From Nitrospirota bacterium (GTDB lineage: Bacteria; Nitrospirota; Thermodesulfovibrionia; Thermodesulfovibrionales; UBA9159): DNA of 48,748 nt. Where the stretch lies: assembly GCA_963699545.1 (NCBI GenBank), contig CAVOUE010000001.1, positions 1 to 48,748 on the forward strand, in the 5' to 3' direction. Made by a program: the position numbers and the translations under genes. This document shows, piece after piece, positions 38,598 through 48,671 of this stretch (position 1 is its first letter; every line of letters begins with the position of its first letter). Below the pieces are notes generated by a model. It did no database searches. It was given only the letters and a program-made list of their open reading frames with translations, and was not told the origin of the DNA.

Positions 38598-39809
38598 TTA
38601 CTTCTCTGCTACCTTTATCTTGATCTCCGCCCTTCAGCTTATTCAGAGGGCTTTCAGCACGATCTTGTCGCCTGCCTTAACTCCGCCGGACCTCCACCAT
38701 GTCGCCGATCTGTGGTCCCGAGGGTGACAGGGGTCTCGACAACCCGCTCGTCCTTAATGAGGAACACGACTTCTTGCCGTTCGGGTGACTATTGCCGCCG
38801 GATTGACCGCAGTGCGCGGCTTCTCTTCTCCGCCGCCACCGGCCTCTCGAGGAAAGCGACCTTCGCACTCATCTCCGGGAGTATGCGGGGGTCCTTGTCC
38901 AGAAAGCGGACTTTCACCAGCACCGTCGCCTTGGACCGGTCGGCAGTGGGCACGATCATATGCACCGCCCCCCGGAAACGCGCTTCGGGGAGCGCATCGA
39001 GCTGTATCTCGCAGGGCTGCCCCTTCTTCACCTTCTCGATATTGGATTCGGAGACATCGACCTCCACCTGGAGCGAGCCCATGTCGGCGATGGTGACGAC
39101 CGCTGCCTTGGCATTTGCGGCTGCGCCGAAGGGGGTGACGATATCGCCGACGTCGGCGTTCTTTGTCAGGACCACTGCATCGAAGGGCGCACGGATCAGG
39201 GTGTATTCCACGGCCACGTCTGCCGCCCGAAGTGCCGCCTTGCTCGCCTTTATCGAAGCTTCGCTCGCCGCAACCCCGGCAGTCGCTTTTTTATAACGCG
39301 CCTCCGCAGTGTCGAAATCGGTCCGGGAGATAAAGCCTTTGCCGACCAGTTCCTTGTCCCGGTGAACGCAAGGGTTGCGTCACGAAGCTCTGCCTTTGCC
39401 TGTTCAAGGTTTGAATTGGCAAGATTCAGGTTCGCCGCTGCCTGGTCTCTTGAGGCGATGACATCCTGCTTTCGAGCCTGGCGATGATCGCCTTCTTCTT
39501 CACCCTGCTGCCTTCTTCCACTGAAAGGAAGACCAGCCGGCCGGTTGCCTTAGACGCTACGGCCGCCTTGCGCTGGGCCACCACGTAGCCGCTCGCGTTC
39601 AGGAGGGTGAATGTCCGTGAAGGATACACCTGCGTCACGGTAGCTAGCTCGACCTGGACAGCAGGAGAGAACACTCCCTTAAAGAAAAACAGGGCTATGA
39701 GGGCAACAAGCAGCACTGCCCCTATTTTATAGAACGGTTTCCCCCTCCTGGGATGAAGTGCAGCATGAGATTTGTCTATCTTTAGCTTTGAAAGGTCTTC
39801 GCCTGCCAT
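38598..39809 (-). CDS. Efflux membrane-fusion (periplasmic adaptor) protein (frameshifted)
   Basis: [27 protein letters not shown] and EVDVSE..PEMSAKV. Confidence 0.88.
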
Positions 39810-39983
39810 GAATCAACGCCCCCGGGTTCAGTTACTCTGGAAAAAATACGTTTCATTATAACAGATTTCCCCCTGTGCACATGCTGACTAAGAAAACGAG
39901 GGGGTAAGAATAATTCCAGGGTTGAGGAAGCGGTTTTTCCTTCCGCAAGGCACAAGGGTCTTCACTGCGGGGTGCGTAGTGTT

Positions 39984-41330
39984 CTACTTCTCGGGGAATT
40001 CAGCAACACCGTATTTCTTCAGCTTCAGGTAAAGGGTTTTCCTGTCTATGCCGAGGAGCTGGCTCGCCTTTGACTGGTTGCCGCGGGTTTCCCTGAGCAC
40101 TTTGAGGATATGCTCCTTCTCCATGTGCCCCAGTGAAGCACGCATCCCCGCTTCTTTGACTGAAGAGAGGAGGGGAATCGAGAGATCATGGGAATGTATC
40201 GTATCGGTATCGCACAGGGTCACCGCCCGTTCGACCACATTTTCCAGTTCTCTCACGTTTCCGGGCCAGTGATAACTGTGGAGCCCCTCCAATGCCTCGG
40301 GGCTAAACCCCGAAATGGTTTTTGAGAGTTTCCGGCTGTATCTTTTCAGAAAGTGGCGAGAAAGTTCGGCAATGTCATCCGTCCTCTCCCTGAGAGGGGG
40401 GATGGTGATGTTGATCACATTGAGCCGGTAATACAGGTCCTGCCTGAACCCTCCTGCAGCAACACTTTCGGCAAGGTTCTTGTTGGTGGCAGTAATGACC
40501 CTTACATCAACCTTAAGCGTCTTGTTCCCTCCCAGTCTTCTGAACTCCCCCGAATCGAGGAACCGCAGGAGCTTTGCCTGGAGACCTTGCGGTATCTCAC
40601 CGATCTCATCGAGAAAGAGGGTTCCCTTGTCCGCCACTTCAAAGAGGCCGTACTTTGTCTGGTACGCAGTGGAATGGGAGCCTTTTTCGTACCCAAAAAG
40701 CTCAGACTCAAGAAAGTTCTCTGACAACGTCGCACAGCTCAGTGCGATAAAGGGAGACATGCTTCGCTTACTGTGCTGCCATATGGTATTCGCAACGACT
40801 TCTTTTCCGGTTCCGCTCTCCCCCTGAATGAAAACCGTGGAATCGGTCGGCGCGATCTTCCTGATGAGCGCGAGAGTATGGGTGATCTGGCTGCTCCTGC
40901 CCACAAAATCAAACTGTGTTTCCTTTCTGAGAAGCTCCTGCTGGAACTGCTCGTTCCTTATCTTGAGCTTCCCGTATTCGTAGCCTCTGTTGATAAGAAT
41001 CACGAGTTCATCAAGCTTATAGGGTTTTGTGAGGTAATCATAGGCGCCATGCTTCATGGCTTCCACCGCGGTCTCTACAGTCGCTTTGCCTGTTAACACA
41101 ATGATTACCGGTGGGGCAGGATCAGCCTTTAATTTTTTCATGAGTGAAATGCCGTTAAGGCCCGGCATGAGAATGTCCAGGAGCATGACATCATACAAGC
41201 TTTCCTTAAGGAGTTGGAGGGCGGTCTCACTGTCCGGTGCCACCTCAGCAAAAAAACCCTTCCTGGTGAGTTCCTTTTTGAGGAGCCTTCTGAAGGGCTC
41301 CTCGTCGTCAACCGCGAGTACCCTGATCAT
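39984..41330 (-). CDS. NtrC-family response regulator (receiver-AAA-Fis) with degenerate GAFTGA
   Basis: [51 protein letters not shown] and HTH. Confidence 0.93.
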   Translation of the reverse strand: MIRVLAVDDEEPFRRLLKKELTRKGFFAEVAPDSETALQLLKESLYDVMLLDILMPGLNGISLMKKLKADPAPPVIIVLTGKATVETAVEAMKHGAYDYLTKPYKLDELVILINRGYEYGKLKIRNEQFQQELLRKETQFDFVGRSSQITHTLALIRKIAPTDSTVFIQGESGTGKEVVANTIWQHSKRSMSPFIALSCATLSENFLESELFGYEKGSHSTAYQTKYGLFEVADKGTLFLDEIGEIPQGLQAKLLRFLDSGEFRRLGGNKTLKVDVRVITATNKNLAESVAAGGFRQDLYYRLNVINITIPPLRERTDDIAELSRHFLKRYSRKLSKTISGFSPEALEGLHSYHWPGNVRELENVVERAVTLCDTDTIHSHDLSIPLLSSVKEAGMRASLGHMEKEHILKVLRETRGNQSKASQLLGIDRKTLYLKLKKYGVAEFPEK

Positions 41331-43789
41331 GCCGTTTTCGCGGGGAAACTTATGGTAAAGGTGGTTCCCCTGCCCACCTCGCTCTCCACATAGATATTTC
41401 CGCTATGCTCTTCCACAATCTTATGGCAGATGGCGAGCCCGAGTCCCGTGCCCTCACCCACAGGTTTTGTGGTGAAAAAGGGATCAAATATCTTGTCCAG
41501 GATATCATGAGGAATTCCGGGACCGGTGTCTGAAATAGATACGTGAATCTTTTCCGTAGTGTTGCCCAGGTGATCAGACGCAGAAATGCCTGGTTGTGTG
41601 GTAATGATGATACTTCCGCCCTCAGGCGCGAAATAGAGAGAGTTGATAATGATGTTCATGAAGAGCTGTCTCAGGCTTCCGGGGTCTGCGCTTATCTTCG
41701 GCAGCTCACGGTTGAGCCTGAATTCAATATTATGATTCAGCTTTGCCGCCTTATGGTTCACAAGGAGTATCACCTCTTTTATGAGCTCATTTATGTCCAG
41801 CTCGCGGAAGGTTCCCCCATGGGGTCGTGCAAATTCAAGGAGGGTGTTCAAAATTCTCTTGCACCTGAACATCTCATTATGAATCGTCTCCAGGTACTCG
41901 GGAAAGTCCTCAAACTCCTTCATGCGAAGGAGAGATATGTCCTTGGCCCGCTCAAGGAGCGCCTCTGAATACCCCGCGATAATACCGAGGGGGTTATTGA
42001 TCTCGTGCGCAATACCCGCAACAAGGGTGCCGAGGGAGGCAAGTTTGTCTGCCCTTATGAGCTGTTGCTCAAGGCGCTTTTGTGCGGTCACATCTGTCAG
42101 GTAATGCACAACCGCGTACAGGTGACCTTCATCATCAGAGAGGGGATAGGCCCAGAAATGGAAGAGCGTTCCCCCGCTGCCTTTCAGCTCTACAAAGGAC
42201 GGTCTTTCCATGGAGAGGGCATTCCGCGTGCAGCTTTCCACAGGGTTGATACCGATTTTCTCCAGGATCTCGCCGCAATGTTTTCCCACAATCTCCACGA
42301 GGGAAAAGCCGGTCCTTGTGAGAAGGGCGTGATTTGCGCGAATGACGCGCTGTCTGCCGTCTTCAATCCAGACCATATCCGTAATGGCGTCAAAGGTCTG
42401 CTCCCATTCCTTCTTCTCCCTGGAAATCTCTTCAAAAAGAAGGGAATTTTCAAGGGCAATGGATATATGCTTGGAAACAGAGAGCAAAAGATGGAGGTCT
42501 TTTTCGGAGTATTGTGAAGGCTTGGTGCTGTCGAGATTGAACACCCCAAGGATTTTCTCCTGGACAAGGGGGATACTGATAGTGGACCGTATGCCTTCCT
42601 CGAGGAGTTTTTTGTCCAGGGGGAATGAAACCTCTTTCTTGAGATCATCGTTTATCCATGGCCGGTTGTTCTTGATCACCCATCCGGCACTTATGCCGTC
42701 GAGGGGCGCCCTCACCCCCCTTCTCAGGATTGTTCGCATATTGGTATCCAGGGCAAAGATGAGAATATTGTTCTCCTTCTCATTATAGAGCAGGATGCTC
42801 CCCCTGTCATAATCGATGAGCTTCTTGATCTCGGACATCATGATTCTGAAGACAGTGCCCATACTCAGACTTGAATTGATCATACTGCTCAGTTCATTGA
42901 TGAGCTTAATCTCCTTCATCCTGTCCTTCAGCTGTCCGATGAGCTTTGTATTCTCAATGGCAACACCCAATTCACTTGCGATGGTGGTGAGGAGTTGGGT
43001 ATCAAGGGAGGTGAAGTAGGATTCCTTCCTGCTCGCCAGCCCGAGAACTCCCAAGGGCGTCCCCTTCGAGGTGATGGGCACCCCTGCCATGCTCTGCATT
43101 CCCGCGGCTTTGTGGAGCACCCTTGGGTCTTCGGACGCACTTTCCACAATCAGGGGCCTGCGGGATGAGAAGACCTTGCCGACGAAACCCTCCCCTGCCT
43201 TGCGGCAGGAGATTTCGTTGAGAAGCGTTTTGGGGAGCCCCTGATGGGCAGCAAGGTGGAGCTCTCCCGAGGCATCGTCCAGGAGGTAGACCCACCCATT
43301 GTCCGCCTCCATGAGGTAACGCAGCATATAGACCGTCTCCTGGATGATTTTTCCTGCATCCGTGTATCGTGCAAGGGTCTTCGCAAAGTTATTAAACACC
43401 GCGAGCTCCTTTGCCCGCTGGGATGCCCTCTGCTGGAGCTTTTTCTGGACAGACATGTCCTGCACGGTCACAATCTGGAGATCATCATAAGGGTAAGGGA
43501 CAAATGATATTTTTGCAGGAAAGGACTCACCGTTTTTCTTTTTGCAGAGCGACTCGAACTGGCTTCCCCCCTCCTCTTTCCCGCTCCACGAGGGAGGGAA
43601 TGACTGGGAAGGGATGAACTCAGAGACCTCCCGGCCGGTCATACTGTCAGGCACGATCTGAAAAATGGTATTGGCCGCAATATTCGCCAGAACAACGCGA
43701 CGCTGTGCATCGATCACAATGGCAGGGATGTTCAGGAAATCAAAGACCTCGAGGATAAAGCCGGGCTTCTCGGTAAGTTCTGCTCTCAT
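41327..43789 (-). CDS. Cytoplasmic PAS-GAF-GAF-PAS sensor histidine kinase
   Basis: AHEINNPL, DTGPGI, FDPFFTTK..GTGLGL; no TM segments; ATGA overlap with the regulator. Confidence 0.93.
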   Translation of the reverse strand: MRAELTEKPGFILEVFDFLNIPAIVIDAQRRVVLANIAANTIFQIVPDSMTGREVSEFIPSQSFPPSWSGKEEGGSQFESLCKKKNGESFPAKISFVPYPYDDLQIVTVQDMSVQKKLQQRASQRAKELAVFNNFAKTLARYTDAGKIIQETVYMLRYLMEADNGWVYLLDDASGELHLAAHQGLPKTLLNEISCRKAGEGFVGKVFSSRRPLIVESASEDPRVLHKAAGMQSMAGVPITSKGTPLGVLGLASRKESYFTSLDTQLLTTIASELGVAIENTKLIGQLKDRMKEIKLINELSSMINSSLSMGTVFRIMMSEIKKLIDYDRGSILLYNEKENNILIFALDTNMRTILRRGVRAPLDGISAGWVIKNNRPWINDDLKKEVSFPLDKKLLEEGIRSTISIPLVQEKILGVFNLDSTKPSQYSEKDLHLLLSVSKHISIALENSLLFEEISREKKEWEQTFDAITDMVWIEDGRQRVIRANHALLTRTGFSLVEIVGKHCGEILEKIGINPVESCTRNALSMERPSFVELKGSGGTLFHFWAYPLSDDEGHLYAVVHYLTDVTAQKRLEQQLIRADKLASLGTLVAGIAHEINNPLGIIAGYSEALLERAKDISLLRMKEFEDFPEYLETIHNEMFRCKRILNTLLEFARPHGGTFRELDINELIKEVILLVNHKAAKLNHNIEFRLNRELPKISADPGSLRQLFMNIIINSLYFAPEGGSIIITTQPGISASDHLGNTTEKIHVSISDTGPGIPHDILDKIFDPFFTTKPVGEGTGLGLAICHKIVEEHSGNIYVESEVGRGTTFTISFPAKTA

Positions 43790-43877
43790 TGCTGTTCGTG
43801 TATTATATCATAATAGGGAAAGGGGCTTCCCTGACCTTCCGGGATGAACGACCTTTTTGATTGGAGGGGATGAGACA

Positions 43878-44684
43878 GTGACCGAAAGGGACCTCGGGTT
43901 TTTGCAGTCATGGTTTTCCCGATACTGCAGGTCTTTTTATCCCGGCAATGAGGAGGACCGGAAAAATCTGCTCCTTAAAGAAGACCATACCCGTCATGTA
44001 TGCGAGAACATACGCTATATCGTAAAGGACATGTCTCTGAAAAACACTGAGAAAATGATGGCCGAAACCATCGCCCTTTTCCATGACATAGGAAGATTTC
44101 CGCAGTACGCGGAATATAAGACCTTCAGGGACAGTATTTCCGTCAATCATGCTACTCTGGGGACAGAGGTCCTCTCACGGGAGGGTGTGCTGGGGACCCT
44201 CCCGGAGAATGAACAGCGGATAATTCTTCGGGCCATAAAATTCCACAATGCATATGCCGTTCCGGACATTCGGGATAACGATACGTTACTCTTTCTGAAA
44301 CTCATACGGGACGCGGACAAGCTTGACATCTGGCGTGTATTTATCGAATATTTGGCATTGCCGGAAAAGGACAGGGCATCTGCTGCAGGGCTTGGATTGC
44401 CTCATATCCCTGAGTATTCCGAGAATGTGCTTTCCTGTGTCTTTGAGAGGCGGGTCGCTTCCCTTTCGAGCGTAAGGACATTCAATGATTTCATCCTTAT
44501 GCAGCTCTCGTGGGTGTATGACCTCAATTTCAGAACATCGTTCATTCTGTTAAGGGAAAGGAGTTACCTGAAGAAACTCATCAGCACCCTCCCCTCTACA
44601 GAAGCCATAGGCAAGCTCTCTCTCTTCCTGGAGGAATACGTCAGGGAACACATCCAAGGGGCTCCTTCGCACCACGACCTATGA
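43878..44684 (+). CDS. HD-domain phosphohydrolase
   Basis: KEDHT, LFHDIGRF, NHA, FHN and IRDADKLD. Confidence 0.88.
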   Translation: MTERDLGFLQSWFSRYCRSFYPGNEEDRKNLLLKEDHTRHVCENIRYIVKDMSLKNTEKMMAETIALFHDIGRFPQYAEYKTFRDSISVNHATLGTEVLSREGVLGTLPENEQRIILRAIKFHNAYAVPDIRDNDTLLFLKLIRDADKLDIWRVFIEYLALPEKDRASAAGLGLPHIPEYSENVLSCVFERRVASLSSVRTFNDFILMQLSWVYDLNFRTSFILLRERSYLKKLISTLPSTEAIGKLSLFLEEYVREHIQGAPSHHDL

Positions 44685-45457
44685 GCAGACGGCCCCTAGG
44701 ACAAAACTTTCTTTTTGACCCCTCAATTCTAAACAGAATGATACAGGCCGCCTGCCTTTCACCAGGGGATACGGTGGTAGAGATAGGTCCGGGTCACGGA
44801 AGATTGACCGCCATGCTCGCAGAACAGGTGAAAAGGGTCATCGCCATAGAACTTGACGCGACGCTTTACGAGAGACTGCGCGAGGCTCTGTCGGCATATG
44901 ACAATATCGAGGTTGTCCATGGCGATGCCCTCCTGTACCCCTATGAAACCCTCGATGCATTCAAGGTGGTCGCGAATATACCGTACTACATCACCACCCC
45001 CATCATCTTTAAGCTCTTCGAGCACAGGAACCGCCTTACCTCAATCACCGTAACAGTGCAGAGAGAAGTGGCGCGCAGGATCGTCGCAGGACCCGGGGGC
45101 AAGGACTATGGTATCCTTTCCCTGATGGTCCAGTATTATGGGAAAGCGAAACTGGAATTTATTGTGCCCAGGGGCGCTTTCAGGCCTGTGCCGAAGGTTG
45201 ATTCCGCGGTCGTCCATATTGGACTCCATGAAAAACCCCCGGTCGCTGTGAGAGACGAAAGGTTTTTCTTCAGGGTGATAAAGACCGCCTTTTCCCAGAG
45301 GAGGAAAATGCTTCTCAATGCCTTAAAACCAATCTCCGGGGATATAAAAGAAAGACTGATCCTTGCGGGAATCGATCCAGCAAGGAGAGCGGAGACATTA
45401 AGCATGGAAGAGTTTGCAAGGCTCTCTGATGAACTGTTAAGCAAACATAGAGACTAA
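44681..45457 (+). CDS. rsmA: 16S rRNA m6,2A dimethyltransferase RsmA/KsgA
   Basis: LGQNFL, VEIGPGHG, VANIPYYITTPI, F.PVPKVDSAV, AFSQRRK and RAETLS. Confidence 0.97.
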   Translation: MSRRPLGQNFLFDPSILNRMIQAACLSPGDTVVEIGPGHGRLTAMLAEQVKRVIAIELDATLYERLREALSAYDNIEVVHGDALLYPYETLDAFKVVANIPYYITTPIIFKLFEHRNRLTSITVTVQREVARRIVAGPGGKDYGILSLMVQYYGKAKLEFIVPRGAFRPVPKVDSAVVHIGLHEKPPVAVRDERFFFRVIKTAFSQRRKMLLNALKPISGDIKERLILAGIDPARRAETLSMEEFARLSDELLSKHRD

Positions 45458-45570
45458 TGAAGAACCCTGCGGCAGAGACCGCAGGGTATCTTAACGTAAG
45501 GAATTGTTTTTTTATATTCGCTCGCTAACCCCGCGGCAAGCCGAAGGGAATGCGCTCGCTATCCGTTTCA
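45457..45570. repeat. Palindromic dispersed intergenic element, copy 2 (long form)
   Basis: Same termini and first hairpin as 3746..3837, plus a second hairpin CCCCGCGGCAAGCCGAAGGG between CGCTCGCT direct repeats. Confidence 0.85.
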
Positions 45571-45659
45571 GAGTCCGGTTAATTCATTTTAAGCGTGAGC
45601 CCGACATCGAGCGCTCTTTTGGGTGAGCTTCTGGCAAAAGCAGAGGAACCGACCTGAGG

Positions 45660-45712
45660 TTGACAAGGCAGTCCGATTTCCTTACAATTAAAGTAAGAAT
45701 ATAACTTCCTTA
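45660..45712 (+). promoter_or_regulatory. Sigma70 promoter and operator of vapBC
   Basis: TTGACA-17 nt-TACAAT overlapped by CTTAC..GTAAG inverted repeats. Confidence 0.75.
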
Positions 45713-45729
45713 CTGAAAGGTGGAGGACC

Positions 45730-45957
45730 ATGATAGTCGCAAAAGTAACATCCAAGGGACAAGTGACGATTCCCAAAAAAGTCAGGGACAGGTTGGGGGT
45801 GCATCCGGGTGAGGATGTAGGCTTTGAGGAAAAAGAAGGAGTGATTGTGATTACAAAGGCAGTGACCAAATCCCCCTTCGACAAATGGGTGGGTAAACTG
45901 GCAAATCTTGAGGGACAAAAGAGTGATGACCTCGTAAAGGAGCTGCGCGGACATTGA
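45730..45957 (+). CDS. vapB: AbrB/MazE-type antitoxin
   Basis: AKVTSKGQVTIPKKVRDRLG; overlaps the PIN gene. Confidence 0.88.
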   Translation: MIVAKVTSKGQVTIPKKVRDRLGVHPGEDVGFEEKEGVIVITKAVTKSPFDKWVGKLANLEGQKSDDLVKELRGH

Positions 45958-46433
45958 TTACTGCTGTCGATACCAATATCCTGTTTGATATCCTTATCCC
46001 GGGGGAGCCCCACGCTGAGTCCTCAAAGAAGCTATTGGATAGGCATCTGGCAAATGGTAAGCTGATCCTGTGTGAAGTTGTATTCGCCGAGCTTGCCGCA
46101 CGCTTTCCGTCAGAGCAGGAATTGAAGCTCTTCCTTGCGGAAACAGGCATGAGGCTTGTCCAGTCCAATGAAAAATCGCTGCACATAGCCGGGGTGCGCT
46201 GGGCTGAATATGCTCGAAAAAGTAAACGAAACCAGTTCTCATGCTCAGAATGCGGCAAGAGGTTTTCAATGCACTGCCCGCATTGCAAAGCAACGCTCAC
46301 AAGGCGGCAGATTGTCCTGAGCGACTTTCTGATCGGCGCGCATGCGCTTGAGCAGGCGGACTGCCTGCTTTCCAGGGACCTTGGAATATATAAAAGTAAT
46401 TTCAGCGATCTGAAGATTGTGAGTTCGATATGA
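45954..46433 (+). CDS. vapC: PIN-domain VapC toxin with zinc-ribbon insertion
   Basis: AVDTNIL, VFAEL, SDFLIGAHA and LLSRD; insert CSECG..CPHC. Confidence 0.88.
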   Translation: MITAVDTNILFDILIPGEPHAESSKKLLDRHLANGKLILCEVVFAELAARFPSEQELKLFLAETGMRLVQSNEKSLHIAGVRWAEYARKSKRNQFSCSECGKRFSMHCPHCKATLTRRQIVLSDFLIGAHALEQADCLLSRDLGIYKSNFSDLKIVSSI

Positions 46434-46494
46434 ATCCGAAGTCCGTGGCACCTAAAGAGCATATCAAGAAAGAGCTGAGAAGCTTTTCAGGAGC

Positions 46495-46701
46495 ATGGAT
46501 TTTGTCAGCAATAAGTTTCTTGCTGATGAAAAGGCTGCCGGAAGGGACTTTCAGATGTATTTCAATATCTATCAGCAGCCTGGGCTTGCTTGGGAGTATC
46601 TCGGACAACAGTGCGAGCACTGGGACGGTTATAAGAAGACGAGGGAAAAACTTGAAGTCTGCAGGATATGCGGAAAAGTGAAGGGTGTGAGAGATGAATA
46701 G
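46495..46701 (+). CDS. Short hypothetical or truncated protein (C/H motif)
   Basis: GGAG RBS and CEHW..CRICG; may be a gene fragment. Confidence 0.35.
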   Translation: MDFVSNKFLADEKAAGRDFQMYFNIYQQPGLAWEYLGQQCEHWDGYKKTREKLEVCRICGKVKGVRDE

Positions 46702-46740
46702 GACGACCAATGAAAATTTCATTGAAGCCGTGAGAGCGGA

Positions 46741-47007
46741 ATGAAAAAACTACCGAAATTTAAGACAGAGGGTGAAGAGATAAAATTTTGGGAAACGCAT
46801 TCAGTCGCTGACTACTGGGATGAACTTGAAGAAGGAAAAGATATTTTCAAAAGGCCTAAGCTCACGCCGGTTACCCTGAAGTTTGACCCCCTTGTTTTAA
46901 AAAAAATCAGGATGCTCGCGCGAAAAAGAGGAATCTCCTATAATGCCTGCATACGGTATCTGATCGCCAAGAGCGTTGAAAAGGAAATGTCTCCGGCAAG
47001 CCGTTAA
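46741..47007 (+). CDS. CopG/BrnA-like RHH antitoxin (no adjacent toxin)
   Basis: KLPKFKTEGEEIKFWETHSVADY..VTLKFD..ARKRGISY. Confidence 0.8.
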   Translation: MKKLPKFKTEGEEIKFWETHSVADYWDELEEGKDIFKRPKLTPVTLKFDPLVLKKIRMLARKRGISYNACIRYLIAKSVEKEMSPASR

Positions 47008-47123
47008 GAAACTTCCCGGGCTTGCCCTTTCTACCCGGAGGATTAGTCGTGGTTGAGACCTTGCGGGGAATTCAAACTACAGTGATGCAATAAATGGAAT
47101 GTGTCCTCTAGTAATGCAATTAT

Positions 47124-47333
47124 CTATGCATATGCCAATCTGCCTTTTGGTTTCGGAATATCCCGCTTCAGTTTTTTCGCCGTTTCAATCCACTCTGAGA
47201 TAACAACCTGGGCGTTCTTTATGGCAGCCTCATAGGTTAGCCCGTCTGCCATGCACCCGGGCAGCTCAGGAACTTCGGCGATATACGCTTCGTCCTCGTC
47301 GCTCCAGTAAACAATCACTTCGTATTTATACAT
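47124..47333 (-). CDS. hicB: HicB antitoxin (short form)
   Basis: YWSDEDEAYIAEVPELPGCMADG.TYEAA..IPKP. Confidence 0.92.
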   Translation of the reverse strand: MYKYEVIVYWSDEDEAYIAEVPELPGCMADGLTYEAAIKNAQVVISEWIETAKKLKRDIPKPKGRLAYA

Positions 47334-47586
47334 TCTTGGCCCCCTTGTGGAGTTTGTATTTCAGTATCAGATTCCTCACCTGCCTGACCTGATATGGTTT
47401 TGCCTTCCCGTCTTTAAGCGGTTGAAGATTGATAATCTCGGCAACACCTTCCTTTGCGAAAATATGATGATCGCCTTTAGTGCGGCAAACAAAACCAAAA
47501 TCTGTGATGACCTTCTTCAGATCCTCGAACCTGATATTCTTGTCGGAAAGCCCCGACAAAATCTTGTCTAAGGTGTCTTTACCCAT
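47326..47586 (-). CDS. hicA: HicA toxin
   Basis: NIRFEDL..GF..KGDHHIF..INLQP..KAKPYQVRQV. Confidence 0.88.
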   Translation of the reverse strand: MGKDTLDKILSGLSDKNIRFEDLKKVITDFGFVCRTKGDHHIFAKEGVAEIINLQPLKDGKAKPYQVRQVRNLILKYKLHKGAKNV

Positions 47587-47852
47587 CTACCCATTGATAA
47601 GTATACCAAAAGTTGATAGTTAAAACCCTGCCCCCCTTTCTTGATTCCGCCGGTTGACTATGGAACTTCGGACTTCTGAACTTCGGAATGGGATGTGGGG
47701 GATGTGCCCCTGAATGGCTTATCGCCTTTCGCTTACGGCCAAGAGCTAATCGCTTAGAGCTCTTGAGTGGCAGTGGCCGGAGGTGAGGGAGAAGATGAGG
47801 TTAAGGGTATTAGTTGTCATTTAGTAAAGCAGCCTGTCCCGTGTTTGATTTC

Positions 47853-48671
47853 CTACTTCGGGAATGTCTTCTGACAGTCGAAACAATAGGCTTTCCCACC
47901 GAAACGTTTTGGATTGTCCCAACAGAACTTTGCAGCTTTCTCGGTGATAGTTTTCCTGCATTTGCTACAGTAGTAGCGCTTCGACGTTCCTGTTTCGACT
48001 TGCGATACGGGCTTAGTGCGTGGCATCGCTACGTCGACAAGCGAAAGATATTCCATTAGCCTCGGCCCGTCGATTACTTCTATTGAATTCTCTTCAGCAA
48101 ACTTTTTCGCTTCCAGTGTCGCATCGCCAGTCGTCACAAAGTAACCTTTTTCTCTGTTCCCCTTTGACGCCTTAGCACCGTAGAAATCACGCACCATAGA
48201 AAGTGTCGCCCGTCGCTCGCGATACTTCTTGCACTGCACGACATGAGATTTGCCGTCTTTGGCAAGCACCAAATCTACGCCGTTATCCTTTAATCCACCG
48301 GTAACCTCAACACGGTATCCCATTTTCTCGAAAAGCCGTCCAACAAATTGTTCGAATTCCTTCCAGGTGAGGCCTTTAATATCGGCAAGCGTCTCTTTCT
48401 GAGCAAAAAAGCTATTTCTTTTCTTTTTCTTAAAGCTTGAGACCACATAACCAAGCGCAGAAGCGAGGAGCGCAAGAACAGCAAGAAGATACATAAGATT
48501 GCCGAGCATTCGTGAAAAAGGGACCGTAAGCGCCACTGCAGTTCCTGGAGGTGCGCTCTTATTAGATAAATAGAATCCAACAATAACAAAGATCAGGCTT
48601 GCAATCAAACCAACTATAGGGGTCTTGAAACAACCCTCAAGAATTTCTTCCAGCGCGCTCTTTCGTGGCAT
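47853..48671 (-). CDS. Membrane-anchored Mrr-like restriction endonuclease with C-terminal Zn ribbon
   Basis: Two TM helices; WKEFE, DNGVDL, VQCKKY, FVTT, IDG and CSKC..CFDC. Confidence 0.88.
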   Translation of the reverse strand: MPRKSALEEILEGCFKTPIVGLIASLIFVIVGFYLSNKSAPPGTAVALTVPFSRMLGNLMYLLAVLALLASALGYVVSSFKKKKRNSFFAQKETLADIKGLTWKEFEQFVGRLFEKMGYRVEVTGGLKDNGVDLVLAKDGKSHVVQCKKYRERRATLSMVRDFYGAKASKGNREKGYFVTTGDATLEAKKFAEENSIEVIDGPRLMEYLSLVDVAMPRTKPVSQVETGTSKRYYCSKCRKTITEKAAKFCWDNPKRFGGKAYCFDCQKTFPK

